From NCBI GenBank assembly GCA_964016885.1, contig OZ024744.1, positions 86,428,001 to 86,492,000 on the forward strand: DNA of 64,000 bases. Direction: 5' to 3'. Under the pieces are notes generated by a model. It saw nothing but the letters and a program-made list of their open reading frames with translations. It was not told where the DNA came from and made no database searches. Of the stretch, positions 28,000 to 39,980 are shown piece by piece. Each line of letters starts with the position of its first letter. The stretch's first letter is position 1. The position numbers and the translations under genes are program-made. The DNA comes from Eledone cirrhosa (taxonomy: Eukaryota).

Positions 28000-28270
28000 T
28001 ATAGCACACATGTAGCAAATCATGAAAATCGTACGGGACTGAGGTTAGCTGGACATGCTCACCGACATCCAGAGTTGACATTACACTCAGTGTTCCTGTG
28101 GGAGCCTCTACTTCGACACACAGGAAGAGGAATACCAGGGTTAAGGTATGTTGATGCCCTAGGGACAGACAATGGTCTGTTGAAGACGCAGGACATGGCA
28201 GCGATAATGAAGGAGAGAGACCGCGGGAGAGAACTCGTCCATCGATCTCGTGAATTTTACCTGCCCTAGA
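28000..28270 (+). mobile_element. RTE-clade LINE 3' fragment
   Basis: LRLAGHAHRHPEL...FLWEP...GRG...YVDAL...MKERDR is an RTE C-terminal pattern. It ends at (TA)n. Confidence 0.7.
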
Positions 28271-28337
<67 letters not shown>

Positions 28338-28639
28338 CGTTTATACGTATAATTATATAAACGTATATAAATATACACACACAAATACGTATATAACGCG
28401 CGCACACACATACCTACATGTAAATACACATATACCAGTATATATAATATAATATATACGCCTATAACAAATACAAGCAAACATACGTGCGAGAAAGTAT
28501 ACGTACCTTCACAAAACATACAGGTAATATATACATACCTATACAAATAAGTAATAGTATAAACATAAAATATACTTAGCTACCACATCAAGACGTAAAT
28601 TATCCGCGTATAGTTCGTACTACCCGTAGGGTATAGTGT

Positions 28640-30330
28640 GGGGCCGTAATACAGGAACGTTTTATGCTATTTATGTTTACAAGCCGAAATTGGCTCAGAT
28701 TTTTTGTTTAAAATGTGGTCATTGGCGTAGAGTATTTCCAGGGCTTCAGCGGCGAAGAGGTTACATGGTCTTTTATTTCCGTTATACGATCTAGCTTGAG
28801 CTAGGATCTCCCAGTGTAACCTATATTGTGTGTGGTTGTCTTTTAGACTCCAGATATAAGCTGAAAGTGACGTCATATTCCTTCTTAAATGGTTAAGAAA
28901 AGAATGGGTGTGCATGTAAAGACGTTGTTTGAATCTATTGGCGCTTAACCCTATGTAGGCCCTAGGGGCGTGGGTGTTTCAACCTTACATTTGTAGACAA
29001 TGTCACTAGAGAGTCATTTCCCGGATAGGGGGCAGTAACCCCAATTCCTACAATTACAGTTAGTACTAGCGACCGAGTTGCACGTGTTCCTACGGCTAGC
29101 AAATTTTGCTAAATTAGAAGCAGTGATGTTATGTGCAAGGTTAGGAGTCGTAGAGTAAGAAATTTTAATGGTATTTCTATTAAACATTTTATTATATTTA
29201 TGTGGTGGGGGAAATGCTTCATAATAAGGGAGAGAAGGGATCTTAGCTAATGATGTAGCCACCTCCATATTATGTGGTGGGTTATACCATATAATGCGTC
29301 GGGATCTATTTTTCCTAGGTCTATGCTCATATTCGGTATATTCTACTTTATCGACAAATCCACTCCGAGCAAGAACTTCATTATAATATTTGCAATGGTC
29401 GGTGAAAATAGGCTCATTTGTAGATAGACGGGAAAGTCTCAAAGAAACGTTTCTTACCAGGTTCTTGGTTATGCTGGCAGGATGGTTAGAATGCTTACTT
29501 ATGTAATTAAGCGTACCATTCGGCTTTCTATACGGGTAATGTAAGCCATTCGACAAATTGAGGGTAACATCGAGGTAATTAAGGACCGATAGGTTGGTCT
29601 CAACCTGTATGGAGAGGTTGAAGCCTTTAAAGAAGGCTGAGTGTTCGTTTCTGAACCTGTCGCAAGCGCCTGGGCCGCACTTTGTATGGTCAAAAGACCG
29701 TCATCACGGTACAAACCACCGCCCACATTGGCGAATTCTTCCTTGATAGAGAAAAGAAGGAAGAGGCCGTTAAGAATCGCTGGCGCCCATCCTCGCGTCG
29801 AATGGGGTACTATTAGATTTTTTAATCGAAATAGAGTCGTCGAAATTAAACACCGACTACGGGCATTGAGGATGACATCAACTTCGAAATCCTTAACCAC
29901 CGTGAGCGTTTTAGCGAAATTGAAGTCTCTAAGAAGAGGTAAAGTGATGGAGGAGTAAGAATTATTGATGTCGAATTGAATAAAACGGCAATGTTCCTTG
30001 TTGCATATGCCGTTGAACCAATCAATCACAGCGAAATAATTGTACCAAGAGGGGCTAAGCCTCTAATTTCAGGTATAATTCTATCTAAAATCCTTTTAGA
30101 AAGTCTACCTAAATCGGGATTCGTAGGGTTAATAAGCCGAATAGAGGGGTTGTTCGGGAAATTGGATTTCTGATCCTTCAGGGTAAAGTGGGGAGAAATA
30201 GGGTCGAGAGGGTCAGGTCGGTCCAGGATGTTTAGATCAGAGGTGATTTTAAGCACAGCATCGTTGATGGCATTAATGACACTCCGATTAGTTTTACGGT
30301 AATCCTTAGTTACAGCATTATGTAGTAGTT
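28640..30330 (-). pseudogene. Decayed Penelope-like element of a second lineage (Hydra-clade-like RT + GIY-YIG)
   Basis: Frameshifted fragments FTLKDQKSNF..RLINP, FIQFDI, GLYRDDGL, YLDVTLNL, PYRKPN..SNHP, CNCRNWGYCPLSGK, YIGL, TSLSAYIW..W.IL..A..Y...CNL. Confidence 0.85.
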
Positions 30331-30627
30331 GATGATAACTACTTACTGTACTGCACTTGATATAGATTGCCAGTTTTGTCGGAGTGGACGTGCTATTATT
30401 ATTATTATTATTATTATTGGCGACCTACGTAGTAAATCGTATCATCGTGAGCTCCGCAAAGGTTTGTTATTTCCGTTTGTTAAAAATTGCCATTTATGGA
30501 AAATTTTATTGTTAACTGTTTATAAGCACACATACATTGTTTTCCGAAAAGGACACCCAAAAAGATTGGGGCCTTGTGCCCAAAATTTTAACTTTTATTA
30601 TTATCAAAAAATTTCTTTGAAAAAAAA

Positions 30628-32568
30628 ATGGCTACTTCACCTCTGCACGAAGCAGCTGAAAGCCTTCCTCACAAAATAACACCTCACACCATTGTAAATG
30701 TTACTACGTTTGCCAACACAAAAAAAAATATAAGCAGTAGCAATATTTTAAATTTGTCTCAGGCAGACATTCATTTCCCGCCATTACCAATGACTGCAGG
30801 TGTTAAAGCCTCCACCACCACCACCACAGCGACAACCAACACCGCGACAACAGAAACAAAAGAAGAAAAAAATAAATTAACTCGTGATGTCGAAATGAAA
30901 TCAAGCAAAATGGACTCTTCCCCACCAAAGACGACTGACGTCACCACCACCACAACTGAAACTAAAATTAATATTAACGATAGCAACAACAACAACAATG
31001 ACATTATAACCCCCCCCCCCTCAGTTTCGCCAGAGTAGCAAAACAATTCGAAGCATTTATGGTAACTCAGGAAGATTTAGAAAATGCCAAACAAATGGTA
31101 AAGAAAGATGGGTACAGGGTCAGCCTCACCCCCCACCTAATAAAATGGAGCATCAGCGCCTATGCACCGTGTCGTATAGAACAATAAATGTAAAATCGCG
31201 CCGAGTGGAACGGGCATCCGAGTCCCAAATCCAAAAAGCTTTGGGACATGTGTGGGCAAGAAAAACCCACATCAGACGTGGGCAAAAGTATGGAACCGTG
31301 GACGTGTTCTTTGAAACACCAGAGGAGGCTAGAGAACACTCCATGGCCCCATTAAAAAGTGACAACTTCACACTCGTCCCAAGCTATTGTGGCCAGAGAC
31401 TCGTAAAGATCAGGGTGACCCACGTTCCACCGGCCATCGAAATTCCCTGGCTAATAGCGGCCGTCCTCGCCGGCATCGAAGCCAACACGAAAATAATAGC
31501 AATAGCAAAAGAAAAGCAGGAAAACTGGTCCGGATCTGGGATGGAGCTCCTGATCCAAGCGGACCAAAAAAGCATTGAGGAGATCCCAGAGGTAATAGAC
31601 CTCACTGACGGCAGCCACCTCACGGTAATTGTCGAGGGCAGAAGACCTAGGTGTGTCGTTTGTGGTGAAGGAACCCACCTAAGGGCTTTCTGCCCTCAGG
31701 CTAAAAGGTTGAGGCCACCTCTCCTACCCACCCCAGTGACACAACCATCAACACCACCAGTAGCAGAGATGGCAGCAACAACTATAACAGCAACAACCCC
31801 AGCAACAGTAGCAAAACCAACACCACTACCACCACCAGCAAAACCAACACCACCACCACCCAACGCTTCAGAACTAGCACCAGCGCCTACACCATCCACC
31901 ACACCACAACCAAAACTAACGGCTGTGGAGGATTTTCCACTCCCCGGCCTATCACAACTGGAGACAGATTGTGACGACGAGGAGTGGGAAACGATATCCG
32001 GAAAAAAAAAGAAACCAAAAAAGAAAAAAATTCTCTTCCTTCCCCCTCCAAAAACAAAATACAGAGGGAAACAAATAAACTAAGAAACAAAAAAGTTAGG
32101 ACAGATATGCCACCATCCACACCAGCATCACCAACCCCATCAACCCAAACACCAACACCATCACCATCATTAACTCCAACACCACCATCACCTACACCAC
32201 AAAAGTCACCAAAATGCGAAACAGAAACAAACCCACAACAAACGCAAACAAAACAAAACAACCAAAACGATACACACTACACAGCATTAAATTTGAACAA
32301 CAAGCAATTATTACACTACATCCAACACAACACCAGCATCACAGAAAAAGACTACACAACAACCCCAAAATTCACACCACCTCCACACATACAAATCACT
32401 CGCATCACACAGAAAACGTACATGACACTAAAACAAAAATTCCCCAAAGACATCGGAGACGTCCGACAAGCACTCTCCAGGAGGATTTATAAGGACATCC
32501 TTCCTGAGGAGGCCACAAGCAGTGAAAAGGATGGAAAAGCCGTCCTTCCCCTACGAGAAGTAAGGTAA
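30628..32568 (+). pseudogene. ORF1 (gag-like, CCHC knuckle), type A, frameshifted at homopolymer runs
   Basis: Pieces 30628-31038, 31145-32083 and 31984-32568. CVVCGEGTHLRAFC knuckle. Homologous to the type B ORF1 core. Confidence 0.85.
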
Positions 32569-32602
32569 GTGGTCTTTCCCATCTTTTCCACTCCTTTTCA
32601 AC

Positions 32603-35600
32603 ATGACCTCACTCAGAATAGGCAGCATAAATGCGCGTGGCTTGGGGTCGTCATGGAAGCAGGGCCACCTGCTCAATGACCTCAGGTCACTAAACATAGA
32701 TGTAGTGGCCATCAGCGAGACCAGAATCTCCGAAGCACAGGCTTTCGCACCGATCTTCGGCGGCTACGATGTGTACGCATCTCCCAGCCGTCCGGGATCG
32801 GGAGGAGGAGTTGCTGTGCTTTTTCGGAGAGGTTTGGATCTTGCCATACGGGCCATCTTCCTGGACCCAGAAGGTAAGTTGGTGGTGCTGGACGTGACCA
32901 GCGGAGACGGGCAAGCTTTCAGGTTAGTGGCCGTCTATGCCCCGACAGGAGCAGGGCGGCCTGATTTCTTCCGGCGTCTGGAGACCTTTCTTGGAACGTC
33001 CCGCTCTTTAGTGTTAGTGGGCGACAGGAACGGGATCTTAGATGCACGCTGGGATTGTGTGGGATTAGTGGATAGGGAAGGAGGGTGCAAGAGTCTCACC
33101 AACCTGCTCAGACGTTTTGAACTGTCTGACAGGTACCGAATGGATTTCCCGAATGTACCAATGTGGACTTGGACAAATCGCATAGGGTCATCCAGATCAT
33201 ATCTAGATAGAGTATTTTGTAGGGAAATAGATAGGTCTAGCATAGGCTGTCCACAATTCAAGATAGTCAGCTACACGGACCACAAATTCGTGATCTGTGT
33301 GCTTGACTTAGATAGGCTTCATAGGCGAGGACCCGGCTACTGGAAGCTAAACGCGTCCTTACCAGCGCGCAAGGCCTACAGAGACCGGATTAGCGAACTA
33401 GTTAAGCGGGCGTTGACGGGGGCCATCGTCAACAACAAGTGGTGGTTTGCTCTGAAAAGAGCAATTAGAATAGAGTCCATTAGGTTTAGTAAGACTTTAG
33501 CAATAGAGAAAAATAGAGCAGAGGGAGAACTAGTTAGAAAATTAGATGAGGCGCTTAGCAAAGGCATCGCGACCGACGTACTTGCGGCGAAATTGGCCCT
33601 TGACCAATTCTTCAATGCAAAGCACGAAGGCTGCGTTGTCAGAGCTAGGGTGCGTGCTCTCAGACACGAGGGGACGAAAGCCGTTCAATGGGCCCGAGTG
33701 GCGGAGGCGCGTCGTGGCAACAAAGCCACGATCCGGTCTTTGGTGGACCACGACGGGCGCATGCTAATCGATCCCGGGCAAATGTGTGAAGCTTTTCAGC
33801 GACACTTCGCTCAACTGTTCGGGGGCAGTGGTGGGCCGGATCGAGGGATGGACTTTAGTGTCTACCTCGACGGACTGCCGCGGCTTTCGGCCACTGAGGC
33901 GGAGTGTTGCGAAAAGCCGATAACAACCGCTGAAGTACGGGATGCAATGACTAGTTGCACAAGGAGTAAATCGCCTGGTTTGGATGGTCTGCCCTATGAA
34001 CTTTACGTACAAATGCCAAACTTGTTCGGAGGCCTCTTGGCGGACGTCTACTGTAACTGGCAACAGAACGGGAGAATTTCCAGCTCTGTGAGCCGAGGAG
34101 CGGTGGCGCTGCTGAGAAAGGATCCGAACAAGGGGGATAACATAGATAATTTTAGGCCCATAACTCTGCTAAACACAGAGTTCAAGATTTTGGCCAAGGT
34201 GCTAGCAAAGAGGTTGGCGCTTGTCGGTGGTGGTCTGGTGGGAGAGGCACAGACATGCGCCATTCCCGACAGATCCATCCACGACAACCTCCACCTCATG
34301 CGATACATCGTAGAGAGGGCAGCTAGGGAACCTGGCACGGGTGGGTCTTTGATCAATTTAGATCAGTCGAAAGCCATCGATAGGGTCGACCATCGTTACC
34401 TAACGGCAGTCCTGAGGGCGGCTGGCTTTGGGCCCGTCTTCAGAGGCTGGATCGCTGCCATGCACAGCGACATCTGCTCTGTAGTGAGAGTGAACGGTCA
34501 CCTTTCGGAACCGTTAAACATCATGCGCTCGGTCCGCCAAGGATGTCCCCTCTCGTCCCTATTGTACGTATTGACTCTCGAGCCATTACTGCACAAAATG
34601 GAGACGTTGAGGGGGGTCCCGCGCGAACTAGGATGCGGAAGATCCGTGTCAGCATATGCCGACGATGTCACCGTAATGGTGTCGAACGCCAAACACATCG
34701 AGGCGATCGGCACTACACTAAGAGAATACGAAGCGGTGACAGGAGCAATGATCAACCAGGAAAAGTCAGTGGGCCTGCAGCTCGGCACCTGGAGAGGCAG
34801 GTCCATGCCGTCCAACAGCGTCGTCGGGCGCTGGACGGACGGACCGGTTAAATTGCTAGGGGTCTGGTTCGGTCCAGACCTCCAGACGGACAAAAACTGG
34901 GACGAGGTGACGAGCAGGGTGGCTTCTCTCACCCAGAAATGGGCCGAGAGGAAGCTATCCCTGAAAGGTCGAGTGGAGGTGGCGAATGCGTACATCGCAT
35001 CCGTCATCTACTACCGCCTGACCGTCGTACCTTGTCCTAAGCCCCGCCTGACTGCGCTGGAGCGTTTGCTCTTTCGCTTCTTGTGGAAGGGACGCGCTCC
35101 GATGGTCAGGCGGTCCATCTGCTGTCAACACCCGCTACGTGGAGGGCTGGGCATGCCGTGGCTGATGATGCGCAGACACGCGCTCAGGCTACGACATCTC
35201 CAACTCTTCCTCGACGGTGATCAGGTGTGGTCACCGTTTGCAAGACACCTTTTTCCCCAGCTCGTCTCCTTGACGGAGCTGCAGTCCTGGGTCAAGAGAA
35301 GACCGAGAGGGAGCGCTTGGAGACTGGAATGTCTTCAGGCGCTCACAGCCCTCGACCAATCGGGCAATGTGATCGGTGGAAACTCCACCTTGGCGTTCTA
35401 TAGGGGATTAGTGGAAAGGATGAGCGACGACGTACTTGGAGAAACTCTAGGCGTCGACGAAAATCAACTAGCGAATCTCTTCGGAAGGACTTTCGGGCCG
35501 GGGCCTATGGACAACTTCCAGAAATCCCTAGCCTGGCAGTGCTACCGAGGAGCTTTGCCAGTTCGGGATAAACTCTACAGGCATGGAGGTGCCGTCAGCC

Positions 35601-36022
35601 GGGCATGTCCGAGATGCGCGCAGGGCGACGAAACCGTCCTGCACGCACTCGTCCAGTGTCCGAGCATTGCTGACTTGTGGGTTTATGTCGAACACCTGCT
35701 GTCACGTGTAGGACGGATCCAGCTATCAGCTGAGTCCATCGTGAGGATTGCCCCGCCCCCTTCCTTTAGCCTGGAAGGGCAGGCAGTTTTTATCTGTCTG
35801 GTGGCCATGGCGAAAGAGATAGTATGGTGGACACGTTTGAAAGGGCTGAAGACGAGCACTTACCTCTTCGGTGATGCCCTGATTAACTTTTTCAAATTTC
35901 ATTTGAAAAGGAAAATCAGGGTAGAGAGGGAAGTGCTCTCTTCCCAGCATTTTGTTGAAAGATGGGTGAGAGAAGCAAGTATGGCCCGAATGAATGGGCC
36001 TTCTCTGAGTATGTGTCTGTAA
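32603..36022 (+). CDS. ORF2: APE endonuclease, RT, C-terminal CCHC finger
   Basis: 1139 aa open. SINARGL, ISETR, VYAP, YLDR, TDH, PGYWKLN, KSPGLDGLP, RPITLLN, VRQGCPLS, YADD, GGLG, CPRC..ETVLHALVQC. Confidence 0.95.
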   Translation: MTSLRIGSINARGLGSSWKQGHLLNDLRSLNIDVVAISETRISEAQAFAPIFGGYDVYASPSRPGSGGGVAVLFRRGLDLAIRAIFLDPEGKLVVLDVTSGDGQAFRLVAVYAPTGAGRPDFFRRLETFLGTSRSLVLVGDRNGILDARWDCVGLVDREGGCKSLTNLLRRFELSDRYRMDFPNVPMWTWTNRIGSSRSYLDRVFCREIDRSSIGCPQFKIVSYTDHKFVICVLDLDRLHRRGPGYWKLNASLPARKAYRDRISELVKRALTGAIVNNKWWFALKRAIRIESIRFSKTLAIEKNRAEGELVRKLDEALSKGIATDVLAAKLALDQFFNAKHEGCVVRARVRALRHEGTKAVQWARVAEARRGNKATIRSLVDHDGRMLIDPGQMCEAFQRHFAQLFGGSGGPDRGMDFSVYLDGLPRLSATEAECCEKPITTAEVRDAMTSCTRSKSPGLDGLPYELYVQMPNLFGGLLADVYCNWQQNGRISSSVSRGAVALLRKDPNKGDNIDNFRPITLLNTEFKILAKVLAKRLALVGGGLVGEAQTCAIPDRSIHDNLHLMRYIVERAAREPGTGGSLINLDQSKAIDRVDHRYLTAVLRAAGFGPVFRGWIAAMHSDICSVVRVNGHLSEPLNIMRSVRQGCPLSSLLYVLTLEPLLHKMETLRGVPRELGCGRSVSAYADDVTVMVSNAKHIEAIGTTLREYEAVTGAMINQEKSVGLQLGTWRGRSMPSNSVVGRWTDGPVKLLGVWFGPDLQTDKNWDEVTSRVASLTQKWAERKLSLKGRVEVANAYIASVIYYRLTVVPCPKPRLTALERLLFRFLWKGRAPMVRRSICCQHPLRGGLGMPWLMMRRHALRLRHLQLFLDGDQVWSPFARHLFPQLVSLTELQSWVKRRPRGSAWRLECLQALTALDQSGNVIGGNSTLAFYRGLVERMSDDVLGETLGVDENQLANLFGRTFGPGPMDNFQKSLAWQCYRGALPVRDKLYRHGGAVSRACPRCAQGDETVLHALVQCPSIADLWVYVEHLLSRVGRIQLSAESIVRIAPPPSFSLEGQAVFICLVAMAKEIVWWTRLKGLKTSTYLFGDALINFFKFHLKRKIRVEREVLSSQHFVERWVREASMARMNGPSLSMCL

Positions 36023-36265
36023 ATTAAAGGTGGAAAACTGGGAGAGGGCACTTGCCCTGGTGGTCAGGGCCACTGTGGTCTTTTAATGGGCTTTCTCCAC
36101 AAATGTCCGTTGGAAGTCTCCCCCCCTATTGGGGAATTTTTCTTTGTTATTTTATTTCAACCTCTTTCTTTTTACACGCAGAAATGCCCATTTGTACCGT
36201 CCTGTATTGTCCTGTACTGTCCTTAATGTCTACTTTATGTGAACCCTTGTGGTTAATAAAGAAAA

Positions 36266-36308
<43 letters not shown>

Positions 36309-36309
<1 letters not shown>

Positions 36310-38302
36310 TTTGAACCTCAGTCATTGATGTTATTCAACTGGAAAGTCTGTTGAAATGAATATCAAGCCGCTACCTGCAGCCTCAGATATTCAGGACGTA
36401 TCGGAGGGTTCATGCTGTTCCCAGCAAGCATGCCTTTTGAAGCGTTCCAAAAAGCGTGGCGGGGCCAATTTTCTTTTACCATCCCTGGAAACTTTTTGAG
36501 ATAGTACCTAGTGCGCCTATGACAATCGGGACCACTTTGACTTCATGGCAGTTCCAAATCCTTTTTACCTCCCACTTTAAGTCCTGGTTTCAGTTAATTG
36601 TCTCCCTCTCCTTCTCTTGCACCCTCATCTCGAATGGGCAGGCCACATCCACAATCAGGCACGATTTTTTTCCTTGTCCTAAACCACCATGTCGGGTCTA
36701 TTGTGTTCCAGTTTCTTGGCCGTCTGTATCCTAAATTCCCACAGCACCTTCACCTGCTCGTTTTCTATCACCGACTCTGGCTTATGCTCACACCACTCCT
36801 CAGAATGTGGTAAATTGTTTACTTTGCATAGGTGCCAGTGGATCACCCTGCCCATCACATCATGTCTCCAGCCTTTATAGTGAGTCTGGGCTAGGTGCTT
36901 ACACTCGGATACAATGTGAGCCACAGTCTACTCTCTCTCTCCACAGATCCTACACAGTGGGCTAGCCTCCTCCTTGTAAATATGATGTTTCAACCACTTC
37001 GTTTTGAGGGCCTGCTCTTGCGCAGCCATTAACATTCCTTCTGTAGCCTTTTTAAGGTCTCATCTTTTCAACCAGTTCCATGTCTGTGGATCTCTGAATT
37101 CAGTTTTCTCAAAGAAGGTACTATGAAGGGATTTTTCCTGAAGGCTGCTCTTTCTCCTTGATGTTATTTCCTCCTTGGACATCCCCTGGTCTATTGTCCC
37201 CTCCTTCAGTACAGTTCTGAGCATTGGCTCCTTACTATCAGTCACGTATTTGTGTAGGTTGTTTTTCTCCATCTGAACACAGTCCTCTATGCTGATAAGA
37301 CCTCTTCCACCTTCAGATCTCCTTAAATAGAGTCTATCGACATCACTCCTCTTGTGGAAGATGTTGCAGATAGTCAATAGCTTCATAGTCTTCCTATCCA
37401 TTTCTTTTTGTTCAGCAACATTCCATCTCAGAATTCCCGCACTGTACCTAATAATAGACACAGCTCGGGAATTTACTGCACTTATGGCATTCCTACTGTT
37501 CAGATGTGACTTTAATACGCTCCTTACTCTCCGAAGGTATTCAGTTCTTATCAATTCCTTCATTTTTTTGTTCTTGATGTCATCAGCCTCCAGAACACCC
37601 CAAAATTTGTATCCTTTTTCAGAGTCAATTTCCTTTATCATCTCACCTGTTGGTACCTGGATTCCGTTGCTTCTGCTCAATTTACCCATCTTCATCACAA
37701 GGACTCCACACTTACTAATACCAAATTGCATACATATATAATTGCTGAAAATACGGACAGTGTCAACAAGCACACCCAACTCCTTCTCACTCTTCCCGAA
37801 GAGCTTAAGATCGTCCATGAAGAGGAGGTGATTGATGGTAAGCCCTCCCTTTCCCAACCTGTATCCTGCTCTCACTTTTCGCAGTACACAGGTCAGGGGC
37901 ATCAGGGCAAGGACAAATAACAGAGGGGACAGACTATCTCCCTGGAAGATACCTCTCTTGGTCTTCACGACTCCCAGGGATTCTCCAGCCGATGTTAACT
38001 CTGTTTTCCAGCACTTCATACTTTTGTCCAACAACTGTCTCATGTTATCTGCCACCTTGAAGATCTCCAGGCTTTTGGTGATTCAAGAATGAGGCACCAT
38101 GTCAAATGCCTTTTCGTAGTCTATCCATCCCATGGCAAGACCAGTGTGTCTCCTCTTGCAATTCCTCATTACCATCTTATCAATAAGTAACTGGTCCTTT
38201 GTAGCACGTGACTTCTTTCGGCATCCTTTCTGTTCGTCCGGTAACAAGTTGTTTGTGTGGAGGTGATGGTAGATTTCCTCAGACATAATGCTTGTCAACA
38301 TT
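36309..38302 (-). mobile_element. R4/Dong-clade RLE LINE, family X copy 1, 5'-truncated and decayed
   Basis: [67 protein letters not shown] short 3'UTR runs into (TAA)n. Confidence 0.92.
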
Positions 38303-38322
38303 TTATTATTATTAGGATGTTA

Positions 38323-39746
38323 TTGATAATTTCAGGCCCATAACTCTGCTAAACGCAGTTCAAGATTTTGGCCAAGGTGTTAGCAACGAGGTTGGCGCTT
38401 GTCGTCAAGGGTCTGGTGGGAGAGGCGCAGACATGCGCCATCCCGGACAGATCCATACACGACAATCTCTACCTCATGCGATACATCACAGAGAGGGTGG
38501 TTAAGGAACCTGGCAAGGGTGGGGCCCTGATCAACTTGGATCAATCCAAAGCATTCGATAGGGTCCTGGCGGCGGTCCTCGAGGCAGCCGGGTTCGGGCC
38601 CGTTTTAAGGCGTTGGATCGCAGCGATGTACAGCGACATCTGCTCAGTTGTGAGGGTGAACGGTCACCTGTCGCAGCCGTTCAGCATCATGCGCTCATTC
38701 TGCTAGGGTTGTCCCCTCTCGTACCTCTTGTACGTATTGGCTCTCGAGCCGTTACTGCACAAACTAGGGGCGATGATGGGCGTCCCACGCGAACTAGGAT
38801 GCCGGAAATCCGAGTCGGCTTACGCTGACGACGTCACCGTGGTGGTGTCGAGCACCAGACACGTCCAGATGCTCGGTACCGCTCTCAAGGAATACGAAAC
38901 GGTGACAGGAGCAAAGATAAACCAGGAAAAGTCGGTGGGCTTGCAGCTCGGCACCTGGAGAGGCAAGTCCATGCCATCCGACAGCGTCGTGGGGCGTTGG
39001 ACGGACGGACCGGTTAAATTGCTCGGGGTCTGGTTCGGACCGGACCTCCAGATGGAGAAAAACTGGAACGAGGTGACAAGCAAGGTGGCCTCCCTCACCC
39101 AGAAATGGGCTGAGAGGAAGCTGTCCCTGAAAGTCCGGGCGGAAGTGGCGAATGCGTACATCGCATCCGTCATTCTGCTACCGCCTCACCGTCGCCCCTT
39201 GCTCCAGCCCAACTCTCACCAAAATGGAGCGCCTCCTGTTCTGCTTTTTGTGGAAGGGATACGCTCCCATGGTCAGACGATCCATCTGCTGTCAACACCC
39301 GTTGCGTGGAGGACTGGGCATGCCATGGCTGACGATGCGCAAACATGCGCTGAGGCTCCGACATCTCTGGTGCTTCCTTGATGGTGAACGGGTGTGGTCG
39401 CCGTTTGCCAGGCACATTTTCAAACAGCTCGTCTTCTTGAACGAGCTGCAGTCCTGGGTCAACAAAAGACCGAGGGATAGCGCTTGGAAACTGGAATGTC
39501 TCCAGTCGCTCACTGCCCTCTCCCAGTTGGGCACCAGTATCGGTGGAACATCCACCTCGGCGTTCCTCAGAGGACTAGTGGAGGGGAAGAGCGACGACGT
39601 TCTCGGAGTAAATTTTTCTTTGTTATTTTATTTCAACCTCCGTTTTTTTTACACGCAGAAATGCCCATTTGTACCGTCCTGTATTGTCCTGTACTGTCCT
39701 TAATGTCTACTTTATGTAAACACTTGTGGTCAATAAAGAAAACATT
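38323..39746 (+). mobile_element. Tx1-like 5'-truncated fragment (divergent type C ORF2) joined to an A-type 3'UTR
   Basis: RT fragments at 38368-39600 (DQSKAFD, YADD) jump at ~39610 to a 3'UTR matching 36135-36266. A (TTA)n tract lies at 39747-39767. Confidence 0.88.
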
Positions 39747-39980
39747 TTTATTATTATTATTATTATTGAATGCCATGGTTGACGGAGGCTCTGCTCTGTA
39801 AGGTATAGTAATTTTTAACCGTTAAAACAATTGTAAATTGTTTAAAACTTGAACCAAATTGTTGATAAAGACACCCTCCTCCTCGTGAGAGGGGTCTTTC
39901 TGTCCGTTATTTGGCCCTTCGGGGTTAAATAACCAGTTATTGGGGTTTTGTACCCAAAATTTCATTTTAAACAAAAAAAC

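Larger units (their letters stand above)
30419..36266 (+). mobile_element. L1/Tx1-clade LINE, type A copy 1 (full length)
   Basis: Starts GGCGACCTACG right after (TTA)n. It has a 5'UTR, ORF1, ORF2, a 3'UTR with AATAAA, and is followed by (TTA)n at 36267-36308. Confidence 0.95.
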
